A stretch of 63,887 nt of DNA, filler included, from Conidiobolus incongruus B7586 (Eukaryota): assembly GCA_000697335.1 (NCBI GenBank). It is 19 parts of 19 records of this genome, joined end to end, with 100 filler letters (N's around TTAATTAATTAA, not from the genome) between each part and the next. Parts side by side here need not be neighbours in the genome. Positions count along the whole stretch, not along the records: positions 46,511 to 52,006 come from JNEM01003837.1; positions 52,107 to 53,570 come from JNEM01003838.1; positions 53,671 to 62,747 come from JNEM01003839.1; positions 62,848 to 63,887 come from JNEM01003854.1; 15 more parts are not named here. The stretch is one strand, 5' to 3'. Under the pieces are notes generated by a model that ran no database searches, had not been told where the DNA came from, and saw only the letters and a program-made list of their open reading frames with translations. The translations under genes were made by a program, and so were the position numbers. Positions 50,426 through 63,887 of the stretch are shown here, in pieces. Each line of letters opens with the position of its first letter. Within the stretch, counting starts at the first letter, position 1.

Positions 50426-52106
50426 TTCATATAAATTAATTTATATAAAAATCTAGTAATTTCAATTTATATATTAAATTTGCAAATAACAAGTTTTCAA
50501 ATAATTTTCAATACTTATATATTGATTCGAAATTAAGTTAAGAGTTATTATATAATTTTTAATTTATATCGAATAAACAAATTCTTACATATTAATATAA
50601 AAATTTATTAATTTCCTTCTTATACAATAACTATATATACAAAGTAATAATAATAACTATTAAATTTTTTTAATTTATTCAATTGTAATTAATATTGAAT
50701 TTTTAAAACTAAAATAATTCAATAATCTTAATAAATTGAGTTAAATTAATTGTTTAAAATTTTTTAATTAATTTAATATAATTTTAAGACTATAAAATTC
50801 CAAATATAATTTATATACAGTATACCTTAGTAATTTTAAAAATAAAATATATAAAAATAGATTTGAAACTATTTGAATTTAGTAAATCAGTTTCAAATGA
50901 TTGGTAAGTTTAAGCAAAGCCAAAATAAACAAAAATATATGATTGATTTAAATTGGATTTGTATTTGAATATTGTAAAATATATTGAGTGTTTGAGGTTA
51001 AATCTTGGGATGTATTTGATTGACAGATAATATAAAGAGAACGAGTTAATTAACGAATAACTATATAAATAATAGGTTTATATTAATTTAATTTTGTGTT
51101 TGAATTGTGAAATTGTTATTATATTTATCATTTTTGATTGCTTCATTAACCTGCCAAGATGTGCTTGCCATTGTGGCTCGTTGGCATGGAATCGTAGCTT
51201 GGATTGGAAGAAGTAAAGGATGCTTCGGAGATCATGGAAAAATTGTGGATGCTCTAGTTACTCATGGGTAAAAAGCTAACTTTGACTCTGAATACATTAG
51301 TCAAGGCAATTTATTGGATTATATTATTGGGCATTAAAGATTTGCAGAAATTATTGAACCAAAATCAATTTGTTAAAATATTGATTGTTATTGAAATGGA
51401 TATTTTAGCCCCTTGTCCCAAGAACTGGTGATGTTCTAAAAAAATCCACTTTTTAAGTCACAGTTTGGTAAGTTGGAAATATTTAAACCATCTGACTTTG
51501 TTATATAAATCCTCTCCTATATTTCTATTAACTTTATTTTTTCTTTATTTTTTATTTTTCTTTTTGGCTTTTAGCCTAATATTTTATATCTTTTTATAGG
51601 ATTTTTTCCAATGGGGAACTCTAATCCCTATTATTACTTATTATATAACTTTTTAAATATAGATTTTATAATATATTTGATTTAATTAAAATTATAAACT
51701 ATTATAACCAATATAAAAATTAGATATAAATGATTTGTAAATCATAGAAAATATATATTTTATATTGATATAAAATAATATTTTAATATATTGGCTTGAT
51801 ATCTATAGAATTATCATTTTTTATTAATAATTATTTAAAACCTATAAATCAACTTTAAAAAATAATTTTGTTTGATCATTTTATATTTAAAAAAGGTTTT
51901 TTTATTTATCATTTCTTAAAAGATAATAATAATATTTAATATTATTTTCCTTATATAAACTTAAAAATAATGAATTATCAAAAATTGATCAAATATTAAT
52001 ATATTANNNNNNNNNNNNNNNNNNNNNNNNNNNNNNNNNNNNNNNNNNNNTTAATTAATTAANNNNNNNNNNNNNNNNNNNNNNNNNNNNNNNNNNNNNN
52101 NNNNNN

Positions 52107-53570
52107 TTTTTAAATAAATACAGAAAACTTTAAAATAATAAAAAGATAATATAATTAAAATAACTAGAGTTAATTAAAACATTAATAGGTATATTTATAA
52201 AATATTTAGTTAAAACAAATAATAAAATGATAGTTAAAGATAAAAAATTATAAAGTAAATTAGTTATTAAAATATTTTAAGTTTGTAATAATTTAATGAG
52301 TTAGATTTCTTTTGTATATATAGTTTGATTTAAAAAATCATTAGCTTATTTAAACTTTTGTGGATTAGTTTAAAATCTATTAATTAATTATAAAAGAAGT
52401 GATTTTAAAGTTATATTAATATTATTCAAGTTTAATTTATAATTAATAACTTAAGATTATTGAAAATTAAACTAATATTGTTTTTTTAAGTGATATTTAT
52501 TAATTTTATAATTAATTTAAATTTTTCAATATTAATAATAACCTTTATTTACTTATGAATAAACTTTAACTACTTTATTAAGTATTTTCTTAAAGAGTTT
52601 TAAAATACAAATATTTATCATATAAAATTTAAATAGGTTAAAATAAGTTTTAAAATATTAATTCTTAAGATATGAAAATTTAATTATAAACCAAAAGATT
52701 TTATCAATTATAATTATTATATCATAAATATCAAAAAAAATTATTAAAGTGTTTTTTACTAATTAATTAAAGTTTCATTTAAAAATTAAAATATCATAAT
52801 AGTTTATAGATTTATTTTTTTTAGTGATGTTCAATATATTTTAATATATCTTATTAAATTTCTCAATTAATTACTTTATAGATGTTTTTAATTTAAGTTA
52901 AAATAGCTTTTGTCTTATAAATTAAATTTAATTTTTTAAGTAATACCTTATTTCAAAAGTTTTTTTCCAATTATTTAAAAGTTTATATTATTATAATAAG
53001 TTATTTTTCTGAAGATTATTTAAGATTAAGTTTATAATAAGTTAACTCTTAAATATAAGTAGATTTTTTTAAAAAAAAGTGGTTAATTTAAAATATTTCT
53101 TAAACTTTTATTAGAAATTATATTTAAATAATTTTGAAGTTTATAAAGGTTTTTACAACTATCATAAATAGTAAATTTATCTTTAAAAACACTAAATAGG
53201 TATTTTAATATGTTAATAATAAAATAATCAGTTTATTAGATTAAAACTTTTTTAGTTATATTTTTTTTAATTAAAAGTTATTTGATAACAAGTATCTTAG
53301 AGGGTAATAAATTTTAAAAGATTAAAGTCTTAGATTTTCTTAATAATTAAGCTATTATTATTATTAAAATATTATAAGGATATCTTTTTTTAATAGTATT
53401 ATAAAAAATAATATTAATTTAAAATAAAATAAGTTATAAATAAAATTTAAAATAATAATAAATAAATATGCTACCAATAGTTATTAGAATCCTAATAAAT
53501 TTTTAATAATTTTATTATTGTTATCATATAAGTATAATAATAAAAGATTATTAATATAATAAAAAGGAAA
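52107..53570 (-). mobile_element. Ty3/gypsy gag-protease fossil, second copy
   Basis: Aligns with 37276-38403 (GATAATATAATTAAAATAACTAGAGTTAATTAAA; TTAATGAGTTAGATT; TTATTAAAGTGTTTTTTACTAA). Minus strand reads IPINVLINSS (=LIDSG). Confidence 0.65.
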
Positions 53571-56500
53571 NNNNNNNNNNNNNNNNNNNNNNNNNNNNNN
53601 NNNNNNNNNNNNNNTTAATTAATTAANNNNNNNNNNNNNNNNNNNNNNNNNNNNNNNNNNNNNNNNNNNNATATTTTGATTATTTTTATAAAGTTTTAAT
53701 TTATGTCAATATTATTTTAAAATAAATTATCATCTTTAATTATAAAAACTATATTGATTTATTGATACCTTTAATTATGAATATAATATCAATATAACAA
53801 AACTTGGATAATTTATTAATTAATGTATAAAATTAAAAATTAATTTAATTAATATTTAATTATAATTTGAATAAGATTTTTTCTGAAAATTTTATTAATA
53901 TTAAATAAAAGAAATAATTCAAAGTTAAAAATAAAATACTCATTATATTTAATAGGATTAAACTTCCATATTAATAGTTTGTGCTTTTTTATTAGTGATA
54001 GTCATTAATAAGATTTAATATGTATAAATTTGAAATATTTTCTGAATTGGTAATTTTAATATAAATGAAATGAATCAAATTGAATTATGTTTGAGATATG
54101 GATGAAATATAGTGAAATGCCAAGTTTTTAATATTAATATTGCTTTATAAAGGAACAAAATAACTCAATTTAAAAAATGCATATTTATCAAATTAAAATA
54201 AATAGCTAAAATATCTCGTTGAATTTATAGAATAACATACAAAATGATTGTAATATCAATTATATTATTTAGATATTAATATTACAGTTTAATGCATTAA
54301 TATCAATTTATCTTCGTATTATTTAGCTATCTAATAATAAAAAATTAATCAGAATATATAATATAAATTTGTATATAATTGCATTATGTGTATTATAACT
54401 ATTATAATCTTATTAAAATTAAATCCTAACTATTAAATGAACTTTATTATTCATTTTACAAATTGTAAATTTTTAACAAATTTGAAATAGTAAATAAATT
54501 CAACTTTATATAATAGTATATTATTTTTCATAATTTTATTTATTTTAATATTTAATTTTTATATATTCATTAACTAAAATTTCAAATTATCCGAAAATAA
54601 AAAGATAAATAATACCTATGTAAAATTAATATATTTATTATAATTTAAAATTGATAACTAATTTAGATTGAAAAAGATACCTATTATTAATGAAATAGCT
54701 AAAAAAAGATAAGTTCATCTAAATATCTGAAATAATTTAAAGATAATAATTAATAAAATTGAAAAATAATCCTTTTAAGTATAATATTCAGAAATTTCAA
54801 TTAAAATTAATAAAATTCAAATTTATTATAAGTATTAAAATATATAATTGAAATTGATTCAAATTATTATATTAAAGAAAATTAAAATATTATCAATATA
54901 TTAATATTACAGTTAGTATAATAAATTTTATTTCAATGTGTTATTTTTAGATGAGTTAAAAACTAAAAAAACTAAATTTTTATTAATTATTAACCTATAA
55001 ACCATTTCAAAACCAGATAAATAAGCTTAAATTAGAAGAATAATTAAAAACCATGTTCTAAAAGTAAAGATGACGAAAATATGATTGAATTAGTAATATT
55101 AGCTAATTATTTTATTGAAAAAGATATAAAGCATTCATCAACTATCTTATATTAAGAATTCTTTTTATTAAACTATTATATTAATTTCAATATATTTAAA
55201 TTAAATTAAAATTCCTTAATTATAAATATTAAATTAATTAGTTTTAACAGATATTCAATTATCATATTAAAAAAATGATTAAGAATTGCATTGTATTAAA
55301 GTGTTTTAATGATAGTGATTATAATAATGATATAATAATTATTAACATTATTTATTAAAATAATTATCTTAATAAAAGTATTCCTTATTGCATTAGATTT
55401 GCCAAACTCAATATCGTACTGAATACACCAGAATTATCATTGATTAATTAAAAAGGATTAGCTGATATGAATCTAGTATTCTAGTAGCTTTATATAATAT
55501 GAAACAATATTTAACATTTAATTCTTAGCCAATTCTACTACAAATGATCGTATAAAACTAACAACTTGAAAAATCAAATCAAATAATCACCCCTACAAGC
55601 ACACAACGCATTATTCCATTTATATTTTCCCTCAATTCGCCATTTCGCTAATTTGCTGGGACTAAGATCCGAATTATTGAGCGTAATTTTTTGCTAATGA
55701 TTCATTTCCCAAAATTGCTAAACTTGAAATTAAGAATATACCACTAATATTGCAGAATATTCCCTGAACTTTTATCAAATTTCCAGTTTTATTGAAATAA
55801 GCGAAAATTAAAGCATAATTTTATATTATATTATATTATTTTTAGAAATTATTATAAAAATAATTGGTAATAAAAATTTTGTTAAACTTTTAATTTTAAC
55901 AATTTTAATAAATATAATAATGGTTCTAATATTTAATTTTAATAATAATTAATTATTCTGGAATTCTTTAAACGTTCTTTAACACAATATAATGAAGATC
56001 TTTTTAGTATAAAGAATTTGATAAATAACTATAAAAGAAGATAGAATATAAATGCTTAATAAATGTATTATATTATTTATTGAACAATTTTTTTCTTTGA
56101 AATATATTATAATTCAATGTCAATAACTTAACATTAATTCATTTATTAATTTTTAACAATTTGTAAAATTTATTTAAATATGGCAAAAAAAAAGAATTTT
56201 TTTTAATCAAATTTCAAAACCTCTTTTTAACCAATTAATTCAGATTTAAAAAGAGGTTTTATTTTAAAAATTAAAATATTAGCATATTTAGTTTAAATTT
56301 ATAGTAGAGGGGATATTATTATAATGTAAAATGATGTTATAGGCATTTTCCAAAGTTAGAGAGTAATGCAAATTTCATCAATTAGATCATAATGATACTC
56401 ATTTTACTCTATAAAAATACATACTACTATGATAGAATATTGAATTTGATACTATAAACTTAGTCAATATATTTATTAGAATTAAATTAATTATTTCATT

Positions 56501-56605
56501 ATATAATCATTTTCCTTTGATATTAATTTTATTATATTCAATTAATATAATTAATTTAATTTATAATTTTTATTAAATAACAATTTTATGTTAGTACATT
56601 TAAAA

Positions 56606-57286
56606 TTAGGCAGGTTGGTAGAAACTTGTGGGTGTTGACATATGATGGTGATGATTATCAGCATTGCTTAACTTATAAATGCTTGGACTGCTAATCGCTC
56701 TGTCAATGCCCTTGGCACTTAACATCTTGAGTGGAGGAAGTGTGAGTGAGTTTGCAATACTTGGTAATTTGATTTGGCCCTTGCTGGAAAGCAAAGGTGG
56801 TGAGTTTTGAATTGGAGGTAACTTAGGAATTTCAAAATCAGCCCTAGAGAGCTGTGAACCTTTGTCGAGCGTGTCAAAGCTAGAAGGCTGACTACCATCG
56901 AATGGAGGGTAGCTACATCTTCTAGACTCGCCATTGAAGCGAGGTTCAGTGCGAATATTTGGGAGGTAAGAGGGATAGGGATAAATATTAGTCGATTTTT
57001 CAGCACTGTGGTCAGAGTGAGGATGAGAACCAATCTGATTTTGATTAAATCTCTTAGGCTTGGGACCTCTTTTACATACTCTGGTGGTAAAGGTGCAAGG
57101 ATCGTTGCGTTTGACACATTGACTACATCTAGGTTTCAAATTATCGCACTTGGTCTTACGTAATTGACAATGGTCACAAGCCCTAGTAATTCTAGTTCGA
57201 GTAGGGTTGGGATTTTGGTGATGAACAGGAGGTAAAGCTTCGTTGATATATCTGTTTAAAGGATGTATTCCAATATTTGAACCCAT
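56606..57286 (-). CDS. Zn(II)2Cys6 (GAL4-type) transcription factor, compact (226 aa from ATG 57286)
   Basis: RITRACDHCQLRKTKCDNLKPRCSQCVKRNDPCTF..KRGPK, followed by a low-complexity tail with LPPI/LPSI/LPPL. Confidence 0.92.
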   Translation of the reverse strand: MGSNIGIHPLNRYINEALPPVHHQNPNPTRTRITRACDHCQLRKTKCDNLKPRCSQCVKRNDPCTFTTRVCKRGPKPKRFNQNQIGSHPHSDHSAEKSTNIYPYPSYLPNIRTEPRFNGESRRCSYPPFDGSQPSSFDTLDKGSQLSRADFEIPKLPPIQNSPPLLSSKGQIKLPSIANSLTLPPLKMLSAKGIDRAISSPSIYKLSNADNHHHHMSTPTSFYQPA

Positions 57287-57422
57287 TTTAATAATTAAAA
57301 ATACAAGCAATTAACGGATATATAAAATACTAATTAATTAAATTCCTGAAACCAAAAAGAATTCCAGTTATAAAAATAAAATTACAGAAGTTGACTAATA
57401 ATTTTTGGTGTTCCAAGTGACC

Positions 57423-57430
57423 TATTTATA
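57423..57430 (-). promoter_or_regulatory. Candidate TATA box of the Zn2Cys6 gene
   Basis: CAG-TATAAATA-GG on the minus strand, about 140 nt upstream of the ATG. Confidence 0.35.
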
Positions 57431-60406
57431 CTGCACTTTTTCTATAGATTAAATGCGTACACTATAATGAATTGAAAATCAATCACGATAATAAATTTTA
57501 AGGGCATAATCAAACAATTTAGTAATTAGATGGGTGGTAATTGAAATGGGTGATAATGAAATTTAAAGTGCTCTTGCCAATAGCTACTTTACAATTGAAA
57601 ATTAATTCAATTTGATATTATTAAAATATTAATATTTGCTCTTTTTTTAATCAATTTATATAATATAATAATGAATAATATTTAATAAAATATACATTAT
57701 TTTCATAATTAAATTCGACTCTCAATCAAAATGTGTTTCTTATTGTAGGTTGATAAAATTATCCACTCACTCAGGACTTTCGCGATTTCCAAATTAAGTT
57801 ACGCATAAACGATTAATGCAATATAATAATTTTTCCTCTTAACCGTATATTGATCAAGACCTTTTAAAACATTCTTTGGAGCCAAATTGGCAACTTTGTA
57901 AAATATATGTCAATTTAATAATTTAACAAAATTAAATAATTTGAGTAGACCTTACAAGTTGTAATCCTATTATAATAATTAGGCGTTATAAGGTACTCAC
58001 AATGGCAATTCTATTATGATAGTAATAAATTGCCACTTGACCAAGTAATCGCCTATTAGTACAAATTTTCAAAACCATTTTTTTGACGCCTTGTATACCA
58101 ACCAAATTAGGAAATTCCCAGTATGGGTGACGAATTTTACCGAGAGCGATTATTTCTCAAATTGGCCAAATTTTAACCTTTTTAAACCGCTTTACTAATT
58201 AACATACTTTTTCATTATCAATATTTTTTATGGAAAATTTAATTTTATTGAAAAATTATGCCATCAACTTGAAAAAAAAAATAAATAATTTCTTATTAAT
58301 TAATTATTTTAATCCTTAAGAATTCTTTTTCTGATTTGATAAAATTTAATACTTTATATTAACTTAAAAATTTCTTGGATAAATTTTCGGTTTCATTCTC
58401 AGTTTCTTAGTTTTTAGTAAGGATTTAATGATTTAGTAGGATATAAGAGTTATATTGAACCAATATAAACTAATATATCAATAGTTTCTAGTTTTCATAA
58501 TATGCGTAGGGATTTAATTTATCCTTATATTATCATCAAATTTTCAGATTATTAATTATCACTAAACTTGTAAATTTGAAAAATTAAATTTCAATATTGT
58601 GAATTTTAAAAAACTTGATTCCATGGGTATTTAATTTTAATAGTATCTCTAATATTAAGTAAAGCAAAAACTTTGTATTGATATTATTAAACTAAATTAA
58701 AAGTTTTTCATCAATTATTAACTATATAAATTATTATTCTTTAAACTAATTTGATATGAATTTAATAGGTGAAATAGTTATGAAACTTGAAAATAAAAAC
58801 GAATAAAGCATCCAATTATCAACAATAAAAATATTACTTTATTCGAGTTTTATTATATCTGATAATGTCATAATTTAACCTTAAATATTATTAAATAAAT
58901 TTGGTTATATATATATATTTAGTAATGAAATTTCAATTTTTCATTTATTAATAACGGAGTTTGGGTAACTAACCTTTCATTTTTCCGAATCACCCATTTT
59001 CAATCCTACCCTTGTACCTGGTATAGTAATGAGGTGAAAAGCCAAAGCGTAAATATATAATTAGAACTCGTTATTTATTGACATAAATATTATCAAATAT
59101 ATAAATTTACAAAAGGAAAAAAGCATTGATCAATATGGTTATAAAACCTTTATAAACTACATAATTTTTTTAATATATATAAACCTCAATTATGATTATA
59201 GAAATTTTTATATTATAAGAAAAAAATCTTTTTTATAACTTGCATAAAAAATGGTTTTTATTAAACCATTTAATTTTAATAATCATTTCTTTATTTCTTG
59301 TGTAACTTATAATTTTTAATTCTTTTAATTTTTTTTTATTTTAATTTAGTTATAATCTCGCGCCAAATTTTTAAAAAAAATTAAATATTTTAAATTATTA
59401 CTCAATTACTCTTATAATCCATTAATACTATGTAAGTTTTAACTAACACTAACCTATATACCTCAATCATGTTTTAAAATATATTTTATTAATTATTGAG
59501 ATAAACGATTGTGACTTGATTCCAAAAGTGATACAATTGAAATAGTTCAAGGGCTATTTACATCCATTTGATAATCCAAAATTGCCAATTATAACTGTTA
59601 AATAAATTGATTTTGTTGGTACTATTAGCTTTTTATTTACAATTAATTATCGTGGCTGTTAGTTACACTTTGTAATTGTCCATATAAACTTGAACCCAAT
59701 ATTAAACATAATCTTTATATCAAACACTTAAAAAAATATAAAATAATTAGCCAATCTATAACTTTTAATGAATAAAAATCATTAATATTCATTAATTAAT
59801 GGCCAGCATTAGATAATATATATTTTGTACTAGTTTATCAATTATTCAATATACAATACATATATTGAAATGCTAATTAACAATAGTTAGGATAAGTTTT
59901 ACTTATTTCTATTATTTTTTTAGTATTCATATTAATTACTCAATTGATTAATTTAAATGAATTTTTATGCCACAATATTATTAAATATAAAATTTTATAG
60001 ATATTAGTAATATTTTTTTTAATTATTCTTTATTTTAAATATATTTTAATAAATTAATATTTATATTAATTAATAAATTAATTTTATAAAATTATTTTAT
60101 ATATGATTTCAGTAATAATTCAAAAAATAATATAAAAAAAACTAAAATTAAAAGATTTTATATAATAATTCATATTATTGAAATGAAAAATATAATCTCT
60201 TTAATATTTTATAATATTAATTATTATGAAATTTCATTCCTTTTATATTTCACCTATTTTTTGCAATTATTTATTAGTTATAAAAATTGAATAAATTTGC
60301 CAAATTTTATTAAATCAATTATTAATACATTTTATAAACAGATTATAATTATTTGAATTTTCTTATATTTAATTATAATTATTAATTGATACTATAAAGT
60401 TGAGTA

Positions 60407-60407
<1 letters not shown>

Positions 60408-60449
<42 letters not shown>
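60408..60449. repeat. (TTA)n microsatellite
   Basis: Direct reading of the sequence. Confidence 0.8.
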
Positions 60450-60450
<1 letters not shown>

Positions 60451-62847
60451 AATTATTATAGTATTAATAATCATATTTTAATAAGATTCAACTTAGATAT
60501 TTCCATTTTTTGTTAATGAATATATTGCAAAATTTTTATTATTTTTTAAATTTATATCATAATACATCAATATAAATATTTCCATGTCAAACTAAAACTT
60601 GACAAATGACGTAATAATTTATGACTATCGCTCGGGTATGATACAAAAAAAACCTGGTTTTTAAACAATGCTAACTTTGTCATTCATATAAATAAATCAT
60701 CAATTGTTTCACATTAACTTAATATGAACTCTTTAAATTTGCATCTTTATTATTTATTCATTATATGATATTCCTAACTCTTAAAGTATATATTTTAATT
60801 TTAATTTTAATTCATAAATTTTAATCAATTCTAATAATATTATTTAAATTTTAATTATTATAATATAATAATAATAATATATAACCTTAAATAACTCATT
60901 TTAAAATTTAACTATTTGTTTTTTATTAATATAATTTTGAACTTATATATTATTATATTAATAAATTATTAATAATTCTGACAATTATTTGAAAAAAAAT
61001 AATATTATATGCCTTGAATAAAAATATGCAACTTTAAATTATTATCAGCTGAATTAAACAATTTAATATTATAATGTACAAGCCATTAATATAACTATAT
61101 ATTTGATAAATCAATTGAAGCCATTATAAAGAAACATTAATTTAAAAAACATGATTTAAAAGCTTTTCAACTTTTTAATTCATTTTTTTAATGCCTCTAA
61201 TTTGCCTATTTGGATAATGTTATAATATTTATTCCAGCCTTTCGATTATATAAATTAGAGTATAACTGATTTAGGATCGAAGGCTTGTTTTATAGTAATT
61301 ATTAAATAAGTTGTAATTAATTAAAAATATATAAGTAGAATATAATGCATTTCAATCTATATTAATTTTTATATTGTAAAATTTAATTAATATAATTTCA
61401 ACTTTAACATTATATTGTCAATCATTTATTGAGTACATATTAGTGAATCAATAATAAATTTTTTACTTTAATATTTATAATAATATTCAAAATTTACTTG
61501 AAAAATGGATCAGTTTTGATTTTCTTGACTCACGTAATAATATAAAATTCATCTAATATGGATAAATAATGTCTAACAATTTCGGATTTTAGGAAAAGAT
61601 TTTATATCGTGTTGAGGTAAAAATTGGCATATCAAATTATCAGCCTAAATATTAGGATTTGTTACACAAAAACTTTACAAACCTACCCTTGGATGCTACT
61701 ATTTACCTTGTTCTACCCGTTAGCTAATAACATATAATATATATACCGCAGGTATCTGGTTCTGACTAAGTATAAGACATTTCCATTTTTGATAAAAAAA
61801 TAACTATAATAAATCTGCAAATTATTTAATAGTTGAAAAATTAAATTGATTAATTAATAAACAATGGATTATTTAATTTATCACCACTCTTTAATTTAAA
61901 CAATTGAACCGATAAAAATTAATATTTATTTAATAATCGTTAATTTCCTTTTTTAATTTTTTAATATCAAGTAGTAATTATTATTATTATTATTATTCAA
62001 GTCAATATACTTTAATTTTTTAACTGTATTTATCAAATATGAAAAAATATTAGTTATTCTATTCTATTTTTAGTTAGTATGTTATATTATTTACCAATTT
62101 ATTATCAATTAAAATAATATTCAAATTTTTATTATTAAAATTTTAATAACTTGATAATATTTCTTATTTCAAAATTAATTTTATTAATAATTAAAGCTCA
62201 GCTAATCTTTATTTTAAAAATACTATCATTATGAGTTAATGTAAGCTCTAAGGATAGATGCTTAATAATCATTTTTACCATTCTATTTTGAATAAAATTG
62301 AATAATTAAACAATTAATATATTTCAACCAAATTAAATTATACTCTATTTTTGATACTTTATCAAGTAATATATCAATCAAATATTTTTACAATATTAGA
62401 TCAATTATTTAATAAAATATAATGTGTTTTCTACTCTACTATATTATATTTACACTGATAAATTTGTTTCTATTTAACTATCCAATAATATAAACTTTTA
62501 AAATATATATATTTTTACTTGAATTATTATAATATAATAAAAATTAAATCAAATATTCATATTATTTTATATATTTAGAATATAATAATATATGTGGTAT
62601 AAGTATATTAATTGAATTATTAAAGAATAATCTAACTTTTGTTAATTAACTTAATATTATTATAATTCAATATATATATTTTTTTTAATATTCTATATAA
62701 AGAAATATTTTAAAAAAAACTTCATATCCATAATTTTGATATAATTTNNNNNNNNNNNNNNNNNNNNNNNNNNNNNNNNNNNNNNNNNNNNTTAATTAAT
62801 TAANNNNNNNNNNNNNNNNNNNNNNNNNNNNNNNNNNNNNNNNNNNN

Positions 62848-63887
62848 TTAATAAAATATACTTAACTAATTAATTAAATTTTATTATATTAATTAATAAT
62901 ATTAATTATTAAATAATGATATTTAGTTATTAATTATTTAAAATATCAATTTTTTAAATTTTACTTAAGATAAATTATAAATTTATAGGTTTTTAATAAT
63001 AAAAAAGATTAAAACTTAGTATATCTATCTTTAATTATTTTAACTTCTTTAAGTTTATAGTGTTTAAAATCAATTAACTTTTTATATTAAGAAAGGCTAA
63101 TCTTGTTTTATGCTTTTTAAATATATTTTTAAAGTTGATTTGAATTTTTTATTTAGGGAAAAGCTTTAATAATTTTTTTAACTGATTTTAAAGGTATTTA
63201 ACTAGATTAAGGTTAAGAAATTAAAAAAACTATCTTATAATTATTATTTTATTATTTTCAAGTTATTTTGTAATAAAAATTATAATATAACAAAAAGTAT
63301 TATCTTATTAAAAAATAATATTAAATTTATTTAACTTATATTATTCAAAGGTTTTTTTAATTTATTATTTAAAATATTTTAATATATTTTAGTATTAATT
63401 CCTCTATTAACTTTATAAAAATACTTTATATATAAAGATAATATATATCCTTAAATAATAAATAACCTATTATTATATTTCTGGGTAAAATTAACATAAT
63501 AGTTATAAAATAATTTTATATCATTTTTCAAATATCTAGCTTTTTTATTAAATTTATCAAAATATATTTTTATTTTATTAAATTAAATAACCTTACTCTA
63601 ATTAATTTTAGTTTAATATTAATAATAATATTTAAACTCCCATCTAAGTTGATAATAAGATTTCTTTAATTAAAAATGTTTTTTCTTTAGATATAAGTAA
63701 TATTTATGCTAATATAAAACATATATAATAATATTGATGTTAATTAATATTCTTATATAGTTCTATAAGCCTTGTTATATTTTTATAATAATATTATATT
63801 TATTTATATTAATTAATTATAAATATATTTCTTATCATATTTATTTATAATTTTAATATATTTAAGTTTAAATTTTAATATTTCTTT
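62848..63887 (-). mobile_element. Tc1-like element, runs off the window end
   Basis: Colinear with 32679-34120 (TTAAATAACCTTACTCTAATTAATTT; TTTAAACTCCCATCTAA). Confidence 0.88.

Noticed and set aside
13809..62847. TTAATTAATTAA repeated 18 times, superficially a dispersed repeat or array
   Set aside because: Always centred in 44+44 Ns. It is an assembly linker with six-frame stops, not biology.
1..63887. CRISPR arrays, rRNA, prokaryotic operons or organellar origin
   Set aside because: No repeat-spacer arrays or rRNA-like sequence; spliceosomal introns and a Zn2Cys6 gene indicate fungal nuclear DNA.

Overview
AT-rich fungal nuclear DNA: a Zn2Cys6 factor, short GT-AG introns of about 46-61 nt and a chromovirus point to fungi, and the overall style suggests, but does not prove, an early-diverging non-Dikarya lineage. 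It is a draft scaffold of 19 contigs joined by 18 artificial 100-nt spacers (N44-TTAATTAATTAA-N44). Intact genes: an MCT-type MFS transporter, tRNA-Gly(TCC), a PARN/CAF1-family deadenylase (3 exons), an 8-exon epoxide hydrolase ending in PTS1 (AKL) and a compact Zn2Cys6 factor. Decayed genes: an MFS paralog, an ABHD12-like hydrolase and a Pff1/ERMP1-like fragment. Much of the rest is a transposon graveyard: about 10 mariner (DD34D) copies, 9 Tc1 (DD34E, long IR/DR ends) copies, Ty3/gypsy chromovirus fossils and a copia RT relic. The most striking signal is that the multicopy elements have been destroyed mostly by C->T/G->A transitions (CAA->TAA, TGG->TAG/TAA, CAT->TAT, GAT->AAT). Their reading frames stay colinear, while genes and single-copy relics keep CpA/TpG. 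This looks like a RIP-like, repeat-directed hypermutation system, possibly outside the lineages where RIP is established. A second candidate novelty is a PARN with an acid-free 51-aa N-terminal extension resembling a mitochondrial presequence, started from a 4-nt first exon, plus an NLS-like last exon.
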